The notes beneath the pieces were generated by a model. It saw only the letters and a program-made list of their open reading frames with translations. It ran no database searches and was not told where the DNA came from. Source: Psammoneis japonica (Eukaryota). From it: 64,000 nucleotides of DNA. The translations under genes and the position numbers were made by a program. Numbering within the stretch: position 1 is the first letter of the stretch; every line of letters begins with the position of its first letter. The stretch is from the NCBI GenBank assembly GCA_008632985.1, contig QPGO01000146.1, positions 1-64,000 of the forward strand, in the 5' to 3' direction. Below, piece by piece: positions 59,853 to 64,000 of the stretch.

Positions 59853-60941
59853 TCAGAACAGCTCCCTTGGGCGAAGAAGCTCGCTGTGCTCCTTGAGGAA
59901 TACACACCAGTCATTCCAGTGATCTCGTCGAACGTACGAGAGCGGTGTGTGTCCGCGCTTGTCGCTGACGAGCAGGAGGTCCGGACAAGCTCGAATAAGG
60001 ATGGACATCAGCCCGAACTCTGGCACTCGAGTCCAACAAGCATCGTGAAGTGGAGTGCGACCATAGTCGTCTCGCACACGAATCGAAACCATGGCTTCCT
60101 CCAAGAGAAACTTGAGCACGCGTTCTGATCCACGGCGACAAGCCATGTGGACAATACTCTCCCCAAACTTGTTGCAGCACTGAAGATTCTTGCCAGAATG
60201 AAGCATCTCACGGAGTTCTTCAATGTTCTCTTGCCGGACTGCGGTAATCACGTCTGCACCGTACGCTGCAACATTGGCATCGTCCATGTCGAGAAAGAAG
60301 TTCTTCAGGGACAGAGAGGGTACGGTATCGGCTTTGCAGCCATTTCGCCTGATGACATGCTTGAGGAATACTTCAGGATTGACGTCATTCCTTGATGGGT
60401 CGCTTCGAGTTGATTCTGACGCAGACGCAGGGCCAACGATACAAGAGGAACCCTTGTTGGAAAGCTCAGGCGACGATGCCGAGAAACCCATCGTCTTGCG
60501 CTTCTTCTTGACGGGAGTAGAGACGTCGTTGTTGTTGCCAAGGAGATTCGACAGCGTCGGAACCGTTTTGACACGCGTCAGTCCGGCGTTCTTGGGGGTC
60601 TGAAAGTCACTTGATGCGAGACGTGATGTAAGAGCCGACTGGGACAACTTGAAGGCTGGTTGCGGAGGAGTCTCGTGCAATGCCTTGCCGCCACGAGAAA
60701 GAGCGGCTGTCAGTCGTTCCATCATGAGAAGCTGGTCATCGCCAAGAGTGTGATGGCCAAACCTTGCACTCGCAAGAGTCACTGCTAGTTCTTGTTTCGT
60801 GGCAGACACGGAGCTATCGCGCCGTCTCTTGAGAGTGCCAATCGCAGCCATTTGGTCAGAAGAAGCTTTCATTTTGCTCGCGACGCCGTTGTAGTCCATC
60901 ACCCTCGCTCTCGACGTCATCATGAATGGCGGTATGGTCAT
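59853..60941 (-). CDS. Ankyrin-repeat protein, convergent paralogue
   Basis: NKFGESIVHMACRRG, DDYGRTPLHDACW, DKRGHTPLSY. Confidence 0.9.
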   Translation of the reverse strand: MTIPPFMMTSRARVMDYNGVASKMKASSDQMAAIGTLKRRRDSSVSATKQELAVTLASARFGHHTLGDDQLLMMERLTAALSRGGKALHETPPQPAFKLSQSALTSRLASSDFQTPKNAGLTRVKTVPTLSNLLGNNNDVSTPVKKKRKTMGFSASSPELSNKGSSCIVGPASASESTRSDPSRNDVNPEVFLKHVIRRNGCKADTVPSLSLKNFFLDMDDANVAAYGADVITAVRQENIEELREMLHSGKNLQCCNKFGESIVHMACRRGSERVLKFLLEEAMVSIRVRDDYGRTPLHDACWTRVPEFGLMSILIRACPDLLLVSDKRGHTPLSYVRRDHWNDWCVFLKEHSELLRPRELF

Positions 60942-61969
60942 GCTGATGAGAATTTGCCGATCGATTGATTGTGCGACCTATATGATGGAAACGAAGAACC
61001 CTGCATTGGCCTATTTGATTGGCAGCTTGTTTTCGACATCAAATTCTGGCGTGGCATCAAAAAGAGGTGGCGAAAGGTCGCCCAACGGCAAAAAACGTGA
61101 CTAAAAACGGTGATACTCTCGAGTTTGAATTTCGAAAAACAGCCAACGACATCAGCTGACGTCAGTTATTTTTATTCGGAGTCGTAGCTAATTCAATAAA
61201 AGGGTACGTGTCGCAAGCCGCCGTCCGATGTCGTCACCTTCCACGAACCAATCAGCTGTCTCCATCTCATCAATGGCGAACTCTGGCAAATATTAAATAT
61301 TATTAAGTGTTGTATATGATTTCTAGAATTGTGCCTCTGTCCGCTGACGTCAGGAGTGTCGTTTTCGCTAAGAAATTTGTCATCATTGAAGAACGTCAAG
61401 AGGATGCATGCCTTCTTTCCAACCAACGCTTTCGGAGTTGTCAGCCATCACATTTTTCGGCAGAGGACCACTGACTCATGTGCGTTGGAAAAGACAGAAA
61501 GTTCCATAATGATGGTCGTAGTTTGAAGAATCCCATAAGTGAGCTGGATCGTGAATCGGTGACGCAATCGATTCTTAGGTCGTGAAATTGGATCGCTTTG
61601 CATGCGAAATGGTGGCTCGAACCGGGGTCATCTCTGAAGAAAACGTGAGGTGGAACTCGCAAAAAGTGACGCAGTCTTTTTCAAAAATCGCAAAGAAGAG
61701 AACAAACTCTCCTGACCAAGCCAATCGAAGAAAAATGACGGAATTCGTTTGACGCGTGGCTATGTTATTTCTACGGCTAGAGTGCCTCTAGCTAGAGGGG
61801 TGTTGTTCAGCAGCAAAGAACATAATTTCGCACGTCGGATCCAACACATCAGCCGTTCGTAGCTTTGTGCCGGAGTTTCTTTTTGACACCTACGGCTTCG
61901 CTAGAGATTGTAGTCAACGGGAAAGAATATTACGCACATACAAGCAACACAGTCATTGCCAACAATTAG

Positions 61970-62555
61970 CCTGACGCGGTATCGAAGATGATTCGTATTC
62001 TCTATCAACCTGACGCGGTATCGATGATTTGTATGCTCTACGCGCTGCTTTTATTTGAGCGTTTTATCATGCGAAGAACTGCAGGCTCGAGAATTCGTCA
62101 ATGCAACTATCTCTATCTCACTGTAGTCGTCACGATCAGTTTTGACCATGTCAAAATATTGCACTAGAAAGAAAAATCATGGCAACTCAACTGATAGTAA
62201 CGACTAAAGTGACTTTTTGCTCTAAATCTCACATTGTTGCAACTCGTGTCGTCACGTGAAAGTGAAGGCTAAGACCACTCATTTCATCATGCCAAGACTC
62301 GAAGTATAGAGAATTCGTCACTATGCACCTCTACTAGTTTTTCAATACAACTCTCTCTCTATTTGAAGTCGTCATTACGGAAGCAGTTTGCCCCCACGTC
62401 AATCTACCTACTGCACTAGAAAGAAACAACACAGTAACTCATCTGATAAAGTACTTCTACATGCCTACTAACAAAGTAAAACTCATCTGACAGATACCTA
62501 CTAAAGTGACTTTTTTGCTCTGAATCTCGCGTTGTTGCAACTCGTGTCGTCACGT
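61970..62555. repeat. Intergenic short direct repeats (~39 bp x2 and ~170-250 bp x2)
   Basis: CCTGACGCGGTATCGA occurs twice; GAGAATTCGTCA...GTTGCAACTCGTGTCGTCACGT at ~62089-62257 and ~62309-62555; TpA retained. Confidence 0.7.
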
Positions 62556-62597
62556 ACCTACTTTCCCCAATATCCATGTCTTAGACTACTCTTGCCT

Positions 62598-63989
62598 CTA
62601 CTCACCGAGAGCACCACGAACCGCCTCTTCATCGACGGTTTCCAACTTGGCAATGGCCTCCTCATCTTGCTTGTCCTCTTGTAAAATACAATACACAGTC
62701 GTTCCGTATCCACACGCCATGTCAAGGACACGACACTTGTCGAGTGCCGTGACAAAATCGGGTTTGGCACTGGATTTGCGATTCGGTCCAAACCCGAGTT
62801 CTCCGTGCGGTCCCTGTCCCCACGCAATCGTGACGGCTTGATTGGTACAACACACTACGGATTGTGAACCACCACGCACATGTGTCACAACGTGTCCATT
62901 GTTGGCCAATGCTTCCAACAAAGATGGACGCATAGTGGCTTCTCCAACGGAGCGGTGTTTGCCCCAATAATAGACATGACCATTTTGTGTCAAAACCATG
63001 CCACATTGGGCTCCCGCTGAAACTTGTACGGGATTGCCGAGAATTTTGTCTGTCAAGACGCGTGGATAATACTCATCCTTTTGAATGCCGTGTCCCAAAC
63101 AACCATAATCACCACAACCCCACGAAACGATACGGCGTTGTTGTTTGCCAGAAGTAGTACGTTCCGCTTCAATGGCAATAGTATGATGTTTACCACACGC
63201 AATGTATCCCAAACGCACATCTTCTTCCAAGAGTGGTTCCACTTTAGTGTCGGTGGTGCTTGCGCTTCCTTGTAGTACTTCTTGACAATACGTGGTTCGC
63301 TTGGTAAGGATGTTACAATTCGTAAAGGCCAATTTCGATGCCGTGACAAAATATTCTCCCGTTTCACCATTGGCCAATTGTCCAAATTCCGAACTCCCAC
63401 ACGTGTAGAGTTCACCTTGATCCGACAAGGCCACTGTAAAGTGTTCTCCACACGATACTTGAACCATGTTGATGTCTTGCATTCCCACACACTTGCGAAG
63501 CAGTGGTACCGTTTCGAGAAAACTCTTGATGGAACATTGTCCCAACTTGTTGTACCCACACGACCACAATTGACCGTCTTGATCCAATAATACAGAATGC
63601 GACTTGCCCACGGCACCCGAACAAATCACCGCATCCACATCGATACGTGTCGGGAGTGGCACGTTTTTCGGTAACTTATGTGTCAATTGACTCGCTTCAT
63701 TCCGACCCCAACCATAAACATGTCCTTGTGTCGTTATAGCAAACGCATGTGCCGCGTTGCATCCCGTCACTACAGATTTGATTTTTAGAGAGGTAGAAAG
63801 CACTGTGGGAACCATGAGATCGACATTTGGATCGAGTTGTGCCGCACGCTTTCGACCAATCGTGGTGGAATCCAAAGTACCCGATTGAACCAAGATACCG
63901 GAACGTGGTGGATTGGGTTTTTGTTTTTTCGATAGAGGTTTGGAATCATCATCATCTGTAGCAGAAGAAGTTGATTCAAACCACGGCAT
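62598..63989 (-). CDS. RCC1-repeat protein, RCC2/TD-60-like
   Basis: 463-aa ORF with RCC1 repeats (VYGWGRNEASQL, VSCGEHFTVAL, SWGCGDYGCLGHG, WGQGPHGELG) and a KSSAKP motif. Confidence 0.88.
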   Translation of the reverse strand: MPWFESTSSATDDDDSKPLSKKQKPNPPRSGILVQSGTLDSTTIGRKRAAQLDPNVDLMVPTVLSTSLKIKSVVTGCNAAHAFAITTQGHVYGWGRNEASQLTHKLPKNVPLPTRIDVDAVICSGAVGKSHSVLLDQDGQLWSCGYNKLGQCSIKSFLETVPLLRKCVGMQDINMVQVSCGEHFTVALSDQGELYTCGSSEFGQLANGETGEYFVTASKLAFTNCNILTKRTTYCQEVLQGSASTTDTKVEPLLEEDVRLGYIACGKHHTIAIEAERTTSGKQQRRIVSWGCGDYGCLGHGIQKDEYYPRVLTDKILGNPVQVSAGAQCGMVLTQNGHVYYWGKHRSVGEATMRPSLLEALANNGHVVTHVRGGSQSVVCCTNQAVTIAWGQGPHGELGFGPNRKSSAKPDFVTALDKCRVLDMACGYGTTVYCILQEDKQDEEAIAKLETVDEEAVRGALGE

Positions 63990-64000
63990 GTTTAACGGTA

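Overview
Eukaryotic nuclear DNA, most likely a pennate diatom (inference from an ASAF-type plastid presequence, a CoDi-like Copia element, and diatom-type LRR, cyclin and ankyrin genes). The window alternates between ordinary host-gene blocks and repeat/transposon blocks. Host genes: LRR receptor-like protein, CDIN1/TPD nuclease, cyclin Y, two tandem double-domain sulfotransferases, a diatom-type cyclin, a GFA/CENP-V protein, a plastid SDR, a WW protein, two ankyrin paralogues and an RCC2-like protein. Repeat blocks: a full-length Copia with LTRs and TSD, a TIR-bounded Harbinger-like element, a TTAA-flanked element carrying a captured PsbP-like gene, transposase relics, a PLAC8 pseudogene array and a foldback repeat. 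The main signal is that TpA dinucleotides have been almost eliminated from the repeat blocks by conversion to TpG or CpA (A:T>G:C on either strand), while neighbouring host genes are untouched. Conserved Tyr codons in the transposon proteins now read Cys or His. The two Copia LTRs were changed independently after insertion, and CpG is still abundant in that young element. This looks like a repeat-targeted DNA hypermutation system running opposite to fungal RIP. I know of no description of it, but could not search. A modification-driven basecalling artefact has to be excluded first. All counts and alignments were done by eye.
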